64,000 nt of DNA, taken from assembly GCA_965153455.1 (NCBI GenBank), contig OZ234493.1, forward strand, positions 12,204,213-12,268,212. Reading direction: 5' to 3'. The notes below the pieces were generated by a model, which was given only the letters and a program-made list of their open reading frames with translations, had not been told where the DNA came from and searched no databases. Made by a program: the position numbers and the translations under genes. Shown here one piece after another: positions 12,140-23,608 of the stretch; the stretch's first letter is position 1; every line of letters starts with the position of its first letter. The stretch is from Sphagnum compactum (lineage: Eukaryota).

Positions 12140-13250
12140 ACAAAACTTGATAACTCAATTTTTTTCCATTTTTTCACATGGACATGGTGCTTATGATGAT
12201 AAATATCAATACATGAATATTTAAAATTTTGCATGAGTTTATTATTTTCATTTTTTACAATATATAAACCATATTTATTAATTCAATTGATTGAATAAAA
12301 ATCTTATACTTGTTTAGAAAATAACATTAAAAACGCAAAACAAAAAAATTCAAACATGATTAATGTACAAATTTTTCAACATGTACTAAAATAAAAACTT
12401 TTGTCATCAATTCAAGGTTCTCCTAAGTAGTTTAAATCACAATTACCAAAATTTATTAACTATGGTAAAGGAATCTAGCATGCTTCATATTTTTTAAACT
12501 TTGACTATAGATGAAACGACATCATCAAGGTGGAATGAATTTAACGACATGGAAAACATTGTAAAAAAAATACATTTTATCATGGAAAGATTGTCTTGTG
12601 GAAATGTGCAACATTGTTTCATTTTTGTCTTGATATGTTTATGCATTTAGAGATATATTAAATGATAATGATATTTTGGGTAAAGTAAAAGAATATGTTA
12701 TTTGTTATGAATTGCAACATCGTGGATTTGTTCATGCTCGTATCATATTATGGATTCATGAAATGATTTGCAAAGAATAACAAATGAAATAGTAGTTGTT
12801 ATTCTTATTGTGTATAATGAGAAAATTCCAAATTTTATTCCTCTAAGTTTACAACTTAATTTTTTCAAATTGGTGTTACAAAAAAAAATTCATGAATATT
12901 AAAATCAATGTATTCAAAAAGGTTGAAATGGAATTGTAGGTTTAGGTTTCCATATCTTCCACATTATATTGAATCTAATTTTTTCTAAATAAAAAATAGA
13001 TGGGAATATTATAGACCACAATATGAAGATCAAAATGTTGTATCATATCATAGGACATTATTATTATTGTGAGGTGTTCATTTTAACATTTTATATATCA
13101 CATGTTCTTATTGATCATTTTTTTTTAAAAAAATGTGCCATGAAATATGAACGACATGGAATATTAAATTAAAATACAAATGATGTAGAACAATTAGGTT
13201 TACAAAATGCATCAAAAATTACAACTACAATTAATCTTTATTTCAATATC
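12140..13250 (+). mobile_element. Degenerate Helitron Rep (HUH endonuclease) remnant; AT-rich Helitron-like sequence probably extends back to ~10200
   Basis: Frameshifted translation shows the Helitron motifs in order: FP..F.HGHG (~12160), QGSPK..LLTMVK...FxTLT (~12410-12510), DILGKVKEYVICYELQHRGFVHARIILWIH (12670-12760; EFQxRGxxHxH motif), CRFRFP (~12935) and YYRP..DQNVVSYH..LLL.GVHFN (~13005-13090). Confidence 0.85.
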
Positions 13251-14564
13251 TAGTGAATTATGTTGTTGGCGTAATGATTTTTTCCTAGTGGTTATAATGC
13301 ATGTGTATGCATGTTCATGTTTTATTAAACTTTTATTTTTTATTTGTATTGATATGTTTGACCTTTTTATACAAGTAGTGTTAAACATGGTAATGATGTC
13401 TACGATATGTTTCCTTTCATTCATGTTATACATTTTAAATACAAAACATATTTCCATTCTTGCCTTTTGCATTGATGTTTGCTCCTTTGTTAATAATCTC
13501 TTGGGCAATATCAACAAATCCACATAATGCCTAATTAGACAACACATGTCAATCAAAGAATTATTATTGATATGATACAAATTTTAACATGAAATAAATC
13601 CCTTTTTCTTTGCACACAAATTGATCCTTCATAAAGCATCTTTCCCCAATGGGATCCAATTAATCTAATTTTTTTATAAAAAATCCAATAATGAATGTCT
13701 TTTGTGTATTTTTGTCAATGAAAAAATGATATATTGCACATGGAGTGGTCCTAAAAGAAATAACCAATTTGGTTTGAACTATCCATTAGGAATGAATGTC
13801 TTTTGTGTTCAAGGCATAAAGAGCATAAGTAAGTTTTTTTTGGTTTTTTTTTTATAAAAATTAATACAATGATAAATTTTTCCACAAATATTATTTTCTT
13901 TTATTAACAAAGTAGTTGAATAGGTGTTTTCTAATCTATAATCATTGCAATTAGACACCCAATTGATAATTCTTACAAACTTAGATAATGACTTTGACAA
14001 AGGTAGGAAACATGTACCCAAAAACAACATTTTAGTTATAAGCTTACGCAAGTTAGTGTTTCAAACAATTATGATTATGAAAATAAAATTTGTATCATTT
14101 TCATGCATATTTACTTTGGGTGCAGTCATATTGACATGTACCAAAAGTAGTTGTAACCACTACTTAATTTTTTGAATTTTGGATTGTAAGTAATAATAAT
14201 AATAAATAGAATTTTTTTTGTAAAATGTATTGGGAATACATTATGTACATGTCATAAAATTTTGGAATCAATATAATGAATGAAAAATATATATAAGGAC
14301 TTTTAACTTTTGGAAACCACCGCTTAAAGACTACATAAAAGCAACTTAAAACAGTTTTGACACTAAACGCACAATTTGAAAATATTTTTTAATGACATAT
14401 TTTTTGATATTTTTAAATATAAACCTTAACATAATAGTATTAAGAAAAATTTAAAGATTTTTTTGAAAGACATATTAAAAAGATTCCAAGAAGATTTTAA
14501 GAATAAAGCAATGGTCTAAGGGGGCACATGCAGCTCCTAATAGAGTGGTTGGACCCCTTTGGTT

Positions 14565-14900
14565 TTTGACCATTCTATTGTTGAAGCACACAATGAATGT
14601 TTTTTAAAGGATGTTCATGATAGACATTCAATGGTGTCCTATTATCCAATGGAGCCAAAATGTTTCAAAGAGATTGAATGTGTATTTCATCTTGGACCTA
14701 CAATTATACAATTTGATGATTCCTAGCAACAATGATTATGAAAATCAAAATTTCATCTTCATATATATTTATCTTGAATTGTTGACCATTTTATCATTGA
14801 AACATGTAGTGAATGTTTCTGAAGGGATGTTCGTGATGGACATTTATTGGTTCTTTATTATCTAATATACCCAAAACATTTCAAAGATCTTGAACATACA
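14565..14900 (+). repeat. Two diverged ~215-bp-spaced direct repeats in TE-derived DNA
   Basis: TTGACCATT..TTGAA..GAATGTTT..GGATGTTC.TGAT.GACATT..TATTATC.AAT..CCAAAA..TTTCAAAGA.. occurs at ~14567 and ~14782. Confidence 0.65.
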
Positions 14901-16149
14901 TACTTCACCACGCACCTAATTGAATGTTGATTTAACATACAAATCACAATGCTTTAAATATTAGTGTGTTTCAAATATATAATTATTCATAGAAAACAAA
15001 ACATACATACAAATTTATGAAATTTTAGTGTCTTTTTCCTTGATGACAACACTGAACATAAATATGATTATGTATAGGAACATGGATTTTTATATTTTAT
15101 TGATTTGAATGGAATTAGATTGAATATTAAAATATTCCACATCAAAAATTTAAAATATCATGAATTTGAATGAAGCAATTATGACAAAAATATTTTCAAA
15201 ATTAAAAAATATTCCACCAATGGGTAAAATAACCAAAATTACAATGTTCAACAAACATTTATTTAAACCCTTGAACATGATTAAACTCCACTTCCCAACC
15301 CTTTTATTGTAACTTTCTAATCAATCAATAAATATTATTTGAATTTAACATGCCCAACAAATATCTATACACAAGGCTTAAGCTTTCAAGGTTTGAATGT
15401 ATGACCAATTAAGGAATCAAATTCAAGTTGCTTAACAAAATAAAAACAAATTTCAACCAATGACATAAAAACAACATAAATCAATTGTTTGATAAACAAA
15501 CTCAAACCATGAATATGATTGAATTCTGATTCATAATCATCTTCTTGCAACTTTGTGATCTATTAATCGTTAAACTTAATGTATACCCAAAAGGGTGAAA
15601 GCGTATTAAAGCGGATCAAAATCAGCAAATCAAAGCCCCTTTTGAAAGTCCATTTTTGGTGTATTCGAAATTGGCTTAAAATTGACCATGTAACTTCATT
15701 CCAAAATTTCAAAATTTTCTAATTTTTTTGGGGGCACCATGTTAAAAACCATTTTAAAAGTATTCCTTTAAACAAAATCAAGAAAATCAACATTTTTTAT
15801 GCCTTTATGGACTTTGCGAAATATTTCAAAGGCTACATATTTGATGTTATGGAACACAAAAGTTAAAACAATGTTTCATTCACTAAATGAACCTTTAATG
15901 TCCTAAACTTCAAATATTTTATATCCCAAAGTTTCACATACATTGCATAAACACATTTTGAAATAAAAGTCCATGTCCAAGATTTTATAGTTTGTGACAC
16001 TACTTCACCAAGATTATAAAATCCATTACTAATTGAACATTCATGATTTTGATATCTTTTTTTCAATGTTTATATAGTTCATGTGTTAGCTTCACATAAG
16101 TGAGTCCATTTTTGTTATATTCAACAAGAATTTAAAATTGTATGCAAAA

Positions 16150-17820
16150 ACATTTCTCAAATCCAAGAAAAAATTGTCACTATGACTTCCATAATGGTCC
16201 ATTGTAGTATGCAACCACCCGAAACTTGGGCTTTGCATTGCTCCACACAATTGGTGACAATGAATTTGTGTGCATTTGTGTTTTCACCATTCGTCACATA
16301 CACTTTGGCCAACTGTCCCACATGGGTTACAACATTATTGTCATCATAAAACTTTGGTAACGATATACATAATGCATTTCCCACTAGACTACTATTATTG
16401 TTGGAGGTACATGTATTACAAATGTTGTGAATTGGGGAAATAATTTTGTTTGTTGCATAACAATTGTTGACCTTGTTGATTAAAATGGTCGTTGTTCAAC
16501 TATTTCAAATAATGGATTCCTCAATGTATTAATTGGATCTGGTTTTGTATTTCTGCCATTGTTTGGGAATGGTTAGATTGTTTACTTTAGTACCAAAAAC
16601 GTTTGCTTGTAGATAATTGGTTGGGGTGAGAAACCCATGGATTGAATGCAAAGATTGTTTTCCTATTTTGGTAGGTTTCCCCTCAGGTACAGTGGTTTCC
16701 AACCAGGATTACACAAGAAGAAAACCTTTCCTTCATGATGTTGACATTTTAACCTTGTATTGTTCATTGTTTTAATTTCTTTTGAACCATTTGGACGGTA
16801 TTCACCTCCTTCAACTTTTATTCTCCCTGATTGAGCATAGACATTGCTCACCATTGTTCATGCCAACTTTAATAAACAATATTGTAATAATTCACTGTTA
16901 ATTTTGATTTTGCCATATCTTGCTCATAATAAGTGAAGAAATTAAAGTACATAACTACATATTCTACCCCATCTATAGTCATTTTTAGACGACTTACACC
17001 TTATTTCTTAAGCTGATATATCCCATAGAAATCTTTAAATCCACAAGGGAAAACAATTATTAGAATGTTCAATAGACAAAATCCCAGACCAACCTCATAC
17101 ACCTCTATAATTGTTTCTTCAATCATTTATAATAATATTAGTGGTGATTGTTTCTCATTAGTTAACAATTTTTCATATTAATACATTTCATTTCCACAAC
17201 TATATGTTACAAATTTTTCTATCCATCTACATTGTATATATAACAAATCGAGAGGTATCCACCACTTAATTAATGCATTAATATTCGGCTTTAAATGTTC
17301 CTTTTCATCTCTCATGTTTACAATATGATTAATTATGGCTATTATTTTCACTATAGTTAAGACAAGTACACAAAGTATCACCGGAAGCCATTTTCTATAC
17401 TGAGTAATTGTGTGATATCAATATATAAAATATAATTTTGTAATGACCTCAAAATTGTTTTCCCATGTAATTTTTGTAAGATCATTTTTTGAACACCTAT
17501 AGTCAATAATTTAAACCTATCAACAAGTTCATTCTAATTTCGCTTTTGTGTACATGCTCTTGGTGTAAACAAATATGCCTAAAATGTTCACCCATAAGTA
17601 CAGTGATCCCTGAGCAATTGATTCTCATCCTCCATAAGCAATGTATTTTTTTCCCAAGGAACAAAATTGTATCCCCGTAATATATTTCCATTCCATTAAT
17701 TTCTCTACAAACATAGTACCCTTTCAAATAAAGTTTTCTTGCATGCAGTTGTTTGACCTCAAAAAATAACTCAGGAAAATCTTGAACATAATTAGCACCT
17801 TTTAATGACATGCCACTCAA
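16150..17820 (-). mobile_element. Highly decayed retrotransposon gag-like remnant
   Basis: The fragment LPKFYDDNNVVTHVGQLAKVYVTNGENT resembles the Px F.G..DP..H gag N-terminal motif. The region has many stops and is AT-rich. Confidence 0.4.
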
Positions 17821-18213
17821 TGTTCTACTAGAGCTTTTTGTACATCTAACTACCTAAGTACCCATAGGTAATTTGATTTACACTTTCCCATCCTAGGTTA
17901 TGCAATCATGTAATCATATAATGTTCTAAACAACTAACAACCCAATCATAGATGTAGTCATGGATTGGGGTTTATTATTATTATGTGAATATGAATTTAT
18001 TCACTATCATTATATTAGTTAAATTTTGCAAATATTAAAAAATTTGAAGGAAAAAAAATTTGTTTGGTACACATGTTTGCATCATGCATTATACATTACA
18101 CCATATATATAGATATTTAGTAAAACATTGCATTATCTATCATTTTGAAGTTTAATTTATTTAGTTTTATGAAAAAAATCAAAGTAAGATCAAATCTTAT
18201 ATATAAATTCACT

Positions 18214-18660
18214 TAGTCTTCCCGTCCGTGACGTGACGTTCTGGTGCAGAACGCTACCCCATTCCAAGTTTCAGGTCTATCTGTCTTTCTGTCTGTCTGT
18301 CCAGGTGCCATTTAAAACTGACTGCGGCTTTTCCTTTTGGTACATTTCCAGGTGCCAATTAAAACTGACTGCGGCTTATCCTTTTGGTAAATTTCCCAGG
18401 TCCCAATTAAAACTGACTACGGCTCAACCTTTTGGTAAATTTCCAGGTCCCAAACTGCGGCTTTTCCTGTAGAGTCATTATTAGGTAGAGGGAAAGATAG
18501 GGGTACCCGGGGTGACTAACTAACCACGTGTCGGGATCCGAAACGTCGACTGACATCTTAATCGACGGATTACTACTACACAACGGACTCCAAAATCCAG
18601 GTGCCAAAAGTGCTGTGTGACCGACCTTCCCTCCCTCTCCGGAACGCTTTGGGAATTAAC
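18214..18660. repeat. GC-rich interspersed element with an internal 47-48-bp tandem repeat (3.5 copies, 18301-18467)
   Basis: The unit CCAGGT(G/C)CCAATTAAAACTGACTGCGGCTT.TCCTTTTGGTAAATTT starts at 18301, 18348, 18396 and 18443 (partial). There is a sharp GC/CpG boundary against the AT-rich left flank. Confidence 0.7.
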
Positions 18661-19231
18661 TTGGTCTGTCTGTGCCTGTGCATTATGCACAGGGTTACCA
18701 CTAGTGAAAATAGAATCATTACTTTTAACTGTGAGATTCTTGAATTGACATTAAATAACCTTCAATTAATCCAGAGCTTTTTTCCCTAGTCATGGGGTTA
18801 TAATACTTTGCCAAGTGTGCACACATGTAGTCCAGATACCATCAGGTGTGAATAGTCTGAAGCGACTCACATCCTTTCAACAACCAAGACAGCTCTTTCT
18901 TCGACTATCTTTTCTCTTTTATTTGCACCCACCATCAACTTTCTTTCTCACCCTTCTTCCATTTTGGACTTCTTGGGCTATTAGTCTTCTTCATTCCTCT
19001 TGCTGGGCATACATGTTGGGAATCAGCAGCATGGTTTTGTGACTAGTAAAACTCTTTGGTGATGATGTTGCATCTCCCATCCAAGCTAGATCTTCCAGGA
19101 TTAGGGGAGTGGAGTTGGTGGAGCTTTGTGGTAGTGGTGGGGAACTAGCTACCTAGCTACCTACCTGCAAAATTTGAATTCCCTCATCAGGGGTTTGGCT
19201 TGGCTTGGCTTGGCTTGGGTTGCTTGCAACC

Positions 19232-19657
19232 ATGACTATGAAGAGGCATAGTGTGTTTTTTGGAAGACCTTACAAGGATGTGACAATGACTTCAAGGAAA
19301 AACTCTCGGCATTTTGGAAGGCAGTTTCAGGATTGCCGTGTGCTGCAAGTGGAGCCTGCACCAGAGCCTGTAGGCTTGAACCGAAACCGGATTTCTTACA
19401 TGTACCCCAGACCAGCTGGGAACCAAGACATGAAGGTTTGGCGCCACCCAGACTTCCTTCTCAAGCCATTCGAGCATCCCCAAGTGCCAGCTATTAATGC
19501 CTACTTCACCCATTTGTGTTATGATGAAGAGCACATCAGAATTTGTACACAAGCCACAATTGAAGGTGACAAGCAACCAGACCCATTCAGAGGGAAAAAG
19601 CCTCCTCTTCCATCCTTGCCCAGAAGGCAGACAACTCAGATGGGCATGAATCTATAG
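19232..19657 (+). CDS. Hypothetical single-exon orphan ORF (~141 aa from first ATG)
   Basis: Stop-free ORF of 426 nt in a GC-richer island with protein-like composition (MTMKRHSVFFGRPYKD..KVWRHPDFLLKPFEHP..PDPFRGKKPPLPSLPRR). No family recognised. Confidence 0.35.
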   Translation: MTMKRHSVFFGRPYKDVTMTSRKNSRHFGRQFQDCRVLQVEPAPEPVGLNRNRISYMYPRPAGNQDMKVWRHPDFLLKPFEHPQVPAINAYFTHLCYDEEHIRICTQATIEGDKQPDPFRGKKPPLPSLPRRQTTQMGMNL

Positions 19658-20039
19658 TCATGCATTCATTGCCATGTCCAAGCAGTGACAAGCACTTGGC
19701 CTTACAATTATGCTCATCATCCTGGCTTCAATATCAACACTCTTGAACACTGCAAAAGTGAACCTCTGTGAAAGTTGTGCATTTTTTCCTTCAATTGATG
19801 AGCAAAGATTCTGGGTGTGGTGTTATTCCACATTGCAGCATTTCTTCATTTTCCACTGCAAGAAATGCTGATGATGCTGCTAAATTTTGATGATGCAAGA
19901 AATGGGTCATTCAGCTTTTGCCCTATTCTTTCATCAACACATGTGGCAAAAGAAACCAATATCATCAGGACAAAAGGTGAACAAATCCTTCTTCTTGAGG
20001 CAAGAGTTCATCTCATCTATACTTGAATCAGTGTTCATC

Positions 20040-20830
20040 AATATTCTGCCACAACAACACTCCACCCTAAAGCAATTTCCATTTCTTGCTATAATTTCTC
20101 AGCCAACGGATCTCTGAAATGAACTTGGGTTCCTGTGTGACACTCATCAGAGCATATGCCAAAGTTCCTCGAAGACATAAAGTGGTATCTCTGGAACGGT
20201 ACTCATGAAACTGTAAGCAATTGCCAGCTTTTCAATGTGGTAGCAGACAGTCCATTCCTTTTGATGTTTTTCCAAATCATGCATACAAAAGCAAGTGTCT
20301 GGCACATATCCTGCCTCCATCTGCCCACTCCAATTGTCAAGCTCAGCATATATCCCTTCTGCCTGCAACTGGGTCCTCCTATTGAATCTGCCACAAAGCA
20401 TGCATCAACGCTTCCATCTCTATCCAGCACTGACCCTGCTCCTTTAGGATTACATTTTCATTCCATTATTTTCCTCACCTCCACTGTTATACTGTTGTTC
20501 CACGTGAGCTGCGGCACAGACATGTGAAAGCAGCACATTCACTGCAACATTCTTTGGTTGCAAGCCAGTCAGCTAGAGCACATTCTCTCAGTGTCACATT
20601 CAAAGTAAAGTCTATGAATTCCACAAGCACCAACCCAGGCTGCCAAAATTGAGGGGTCTTGCTTCATAGGGCATTTTCTTGATGCATTCTTTTGCTTCAC
20701 ATGTATGATCAGCACATCAAGAAAGTCTCAGCTTGCAGCCATAGTGTGCACTTAGGTGTCATGCCAAAGTTCTTGATACATGGCCAGAAGCAGTTCGCCT
20801 TCATGGACAAAGATCAACCACCTTGTCCTC
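20040..20830 (-). pseudogene. Decayed PLS-class PPR protein C-terminus (E/E+/DYW deaminase domain)
   Basis: Translates as IYAEL..QMEAGYVPDTCFCMHDLE..KE..CYHIEKLAIAYSFMSTVPEIPL, a degenerate YVPDT..HSEKLAIA DYW motif. Frameshifted remnants of CxDCH..KFIS..EIIAR follow. E-motif traces upstream (CIKKMP..GAC.IH..VLLSH..EVRK.M..CWIE). Multiple frameshifts and stops. Confidence 0.85.
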
Positions 20831-21442
20831 ACTCCAACATGGTCTATGTACCTTTCTTCACTTGCTTGGAAATCTGTATAAATCACACTTTCCTTGTAGC
20901 AAACTTATGTAGTCGGAAGAGAACCACCAGGAACGAATTCCAGGTTTTTCTTCTGATCTACTTGGTCATATCTTAGAACCCCGCTTCATATTAGATTCTT
21001 AAGTTCAGAATAGGTCTGAAAGATACTTCAGGAATGGAGACTCTGGAGACCATTCTCACATGGTCTACAAATGGGGGCATCAAATCAGATTTGCTTCAGT
21101 TGCTGACAACTAGTTCATGTTAGCATACTATATTAGGACAAAATCTAATGTAACAAAAACACAGGAAAGTGCTAATGTTCAATGCTATTGCAGAAAAGCC
21201 CACTTGTGATGAAAGCACGCCACAAATAATTTGTGATCAGACTCATTTGAAATTATGCCTGTACAGATCCCAAAACCTCTGAACCTTAGGCTCCAACCTT
21301 TAGTTGTCATCCACTGAGAGAGCAAAAATAGTTGAATGCAGGGACAAATTTTTTTCTCAAGAGCGTGTAAATAACTGCACTGATTTCCAACAAATGTCAC
21401 CCTGAGAAACACAGAGCCTCTCTGCGAAAGCTCTAAAGAACC

Positions 21443-21990
21443 TTAGCGGTATCGCTTCAAAGAAAGTGAGTTGTTTCGTTTCCAGGTAGCACGCACTGAA
21501 GGCCGAGCCTTGGTGTACAAATGGCCCTTGCCACACAAACCATGATGTTTCTTTCCAGCTGATGGCAATCCTCGGAGCTCCCAATGCTTGTGCACTGGTT
21601 TGACAATCCAGTTTATACAAGGATCTTTTACGAATCACAGAGTGTGCTGTGTCAATCAGAATCACCTCAAAGTACTTGTATGTTGAATCCTACAAACATC
21701 CAATAGAGACCACTATGGCAATGAGAGTTCACAATAACTGCAGATTCACTTACAAAAAGCAGATGCTGCTAATGCCACCTTCTATGTAGGGTTTAATGCT
21801 ACTTACTTGAGCACAAATTACTCAAGAGTATAAAGGACTTGAAAAAGAAAACAAGACAAGAATAACAAAACATCTACCTTCAGGAATGGAACCTGCTTTA
21901 CCACTGCCAACCAGACAGCAACAAATCCACTTCATCAACCATTGGGCAATACCTGGTTAATCCAATAACAATTAAGAACTTTCAAGTGTC
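21443..21990 (-). pseudogene. RPL15: 5'-truncated, intron-retaining 60S ribosomal protein L15 (eL15) pseudogene (exon pieces ~21953-21990 and 21443-21689)
   Basis: LKVLNCYWINQ|DSTYKYFEVILID..IR(+1 frameshift at ~21627-21630)[54 protein letters not shown]. The GT-AG intron at 21690-21952 is retained. Confidence 0.92.
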
Positions 21991-22019
21991 TACGCACATG
22001 ATCGGTACTTCTTACAAAA

Positions 22020-22950
22020 GTGAGATGCACTTGGCAACATAGGCTTGAACTCAATTCAAAAGTGCACTGCAGTATTGTGCATTTTAACTTACGGAATCAC
22101 ACCTGATGATGCAATTGACGTGTATTACTAAATGGGAGAAAGTATGACAATGGAGGTAATGAAACATTTTGTGAAGGCTATCAAGGAAATTGTCGAAACC
22201 AAGTATTTGAAATAACCTACATAAGATGATATTGAAAGACAACTCAAAATCAATGAAGTTCAAGGGTTCCCATGTATGTTTGCAAGTTTGGATTGTATGC
22301 ACTATCAATGGAAAAATTCCTCGGTTGCTTGGCAAGGGCAATTTCAAGATAAAGATGGCAATAGGTCAATCATTCTTGAAGCTGTTGCAGACCGGTCACT
22401 CTAGATTTGACATTTTTTTTCAGTTTTCCTCATAGTAACAATGATATTAACATGCTAGATAGGTCACCACTTATCACTAATTTGTTTCAAGGGCCCACCC
22501 AAGACATGGATTTTGTTGTCAATGGCAATAGATATCCCAAGTACTACCTATTTGCCCTCGATGGAACATGTTTGATCAAATAATTCATGAACCACAAGGA
22601 GAGAAAAGGAAACAATTTTCTAAAATGCAAAAAGGAACCATAAAAGATGTGGTGCATTGTTTGGGGTGCTTCAAGTGCATTTTATATTCATTCATAATCC
22701 AAGTAGACAATGGGACATGGTCACAATCAAGAGCATTCTCATAGGGTGTGTGATTTAATCATAGAAGATGAATCCAATTGCAACTTAGAGCGTTTATTTC
22801 ATATTGGAATCAATGTTTTACATTTGAAACAAGGGTTGTGTTTTGAAGACTACTACCAAAGAACCACCCAAATTGAAAATGTGGTGACTCATTACAATTT
22901 CAAAAATGACCTTGTGGAACATATGTGGGTTCGAAAGGGCAACAATGCAA
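22020..22950 (+). mobile_element. PIF/Harbinger (Pong-like) DDE transposase remnant
   Basis: KCTAVLCILTYG..MGES..GFPCMFASLDCMHYQWKN..VAWQGQF..SIILEAVAD.SL*I*HFF..NNDINMLDRSPL matches the Harbinger GFPGMxGSxDCMHW and IILEAVA motifs. Several in-frame stops. Confidence 0.9.
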
Positions 22951-22959
22951 ATATTCTAA

Positions 22960-23608
22960 ACCTATTTATATAGCTTAAGCCTATCTACTTTTCAACCGAC
23001 TTACATACCTAAGTAAACCTAGCTACCTAGTAGGGTTTAATAATTACCTATCTACCTAGGCACCATATGTCAACATCTTATTAACCTTAAATTGGATGAC
23101 TTAAATTTTATTAATTAATATATATATATATTTTAAATGTGGGCTTTAATTACCACGTGTCACCATATAATTGGTGTTTAAAAATGAACTCGTGTCAAAT
23201 GGTCAATGAATGTTCCATGGTGTGCCACATGTCATCATTTAAGTGGCATAAACTCTAATGATTGAATTAATCAAATGAATTTTTAATTAAAAATACACAA
23301 TAATAATTTTTAAAAATGACATGTGTCCAAATGCAAGTTGTTCAATTTTTTAAATGTGTCATACTTTGATTAGTTACACTGTAGTTGCAAAGAGAGTTGC
23401 ACATAAGGTGCAACTACATTTGGATTGATATGTATGGATGAACATGTATATTAACACCATATATACATGTTGCATACATAGTGTTGCATGCAACTAAATG
23501 TCATATGTAACTTGTTTTATGTAACTACTCGAATTTGTAGTTACATGTGTCACATGTAACTGAATTTTAGTTGTAAACGATAGTTACAAAACCCAAAAAA
23601 TTTAGTAG
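22960..23608 (-). mobile_element. Truncated terminal fragment of CACTA family B (inverted copy of ~39790-40435)
   Basis: Its reverse complement aligns with the left ~650 bp of the element at 39790. It ends ...AAAACCCAAAAAATTTAGTAG, a clipped CACTACTA terminus. Confidence 0.8.

Noticed and set aside
18301-18467. CRISPR-like regular repeats
   Set aside because: The units are contiguous tandem copies with no unique spacers, there are no cas genes, and the context is eukaryotic.
20860-20960. Minus-strand peptide LEFVPGGSL resembling kinase subdomain V
   Set aside because: Only a 9-residue match followed by a stop; no other kinase motifs are recognisable.
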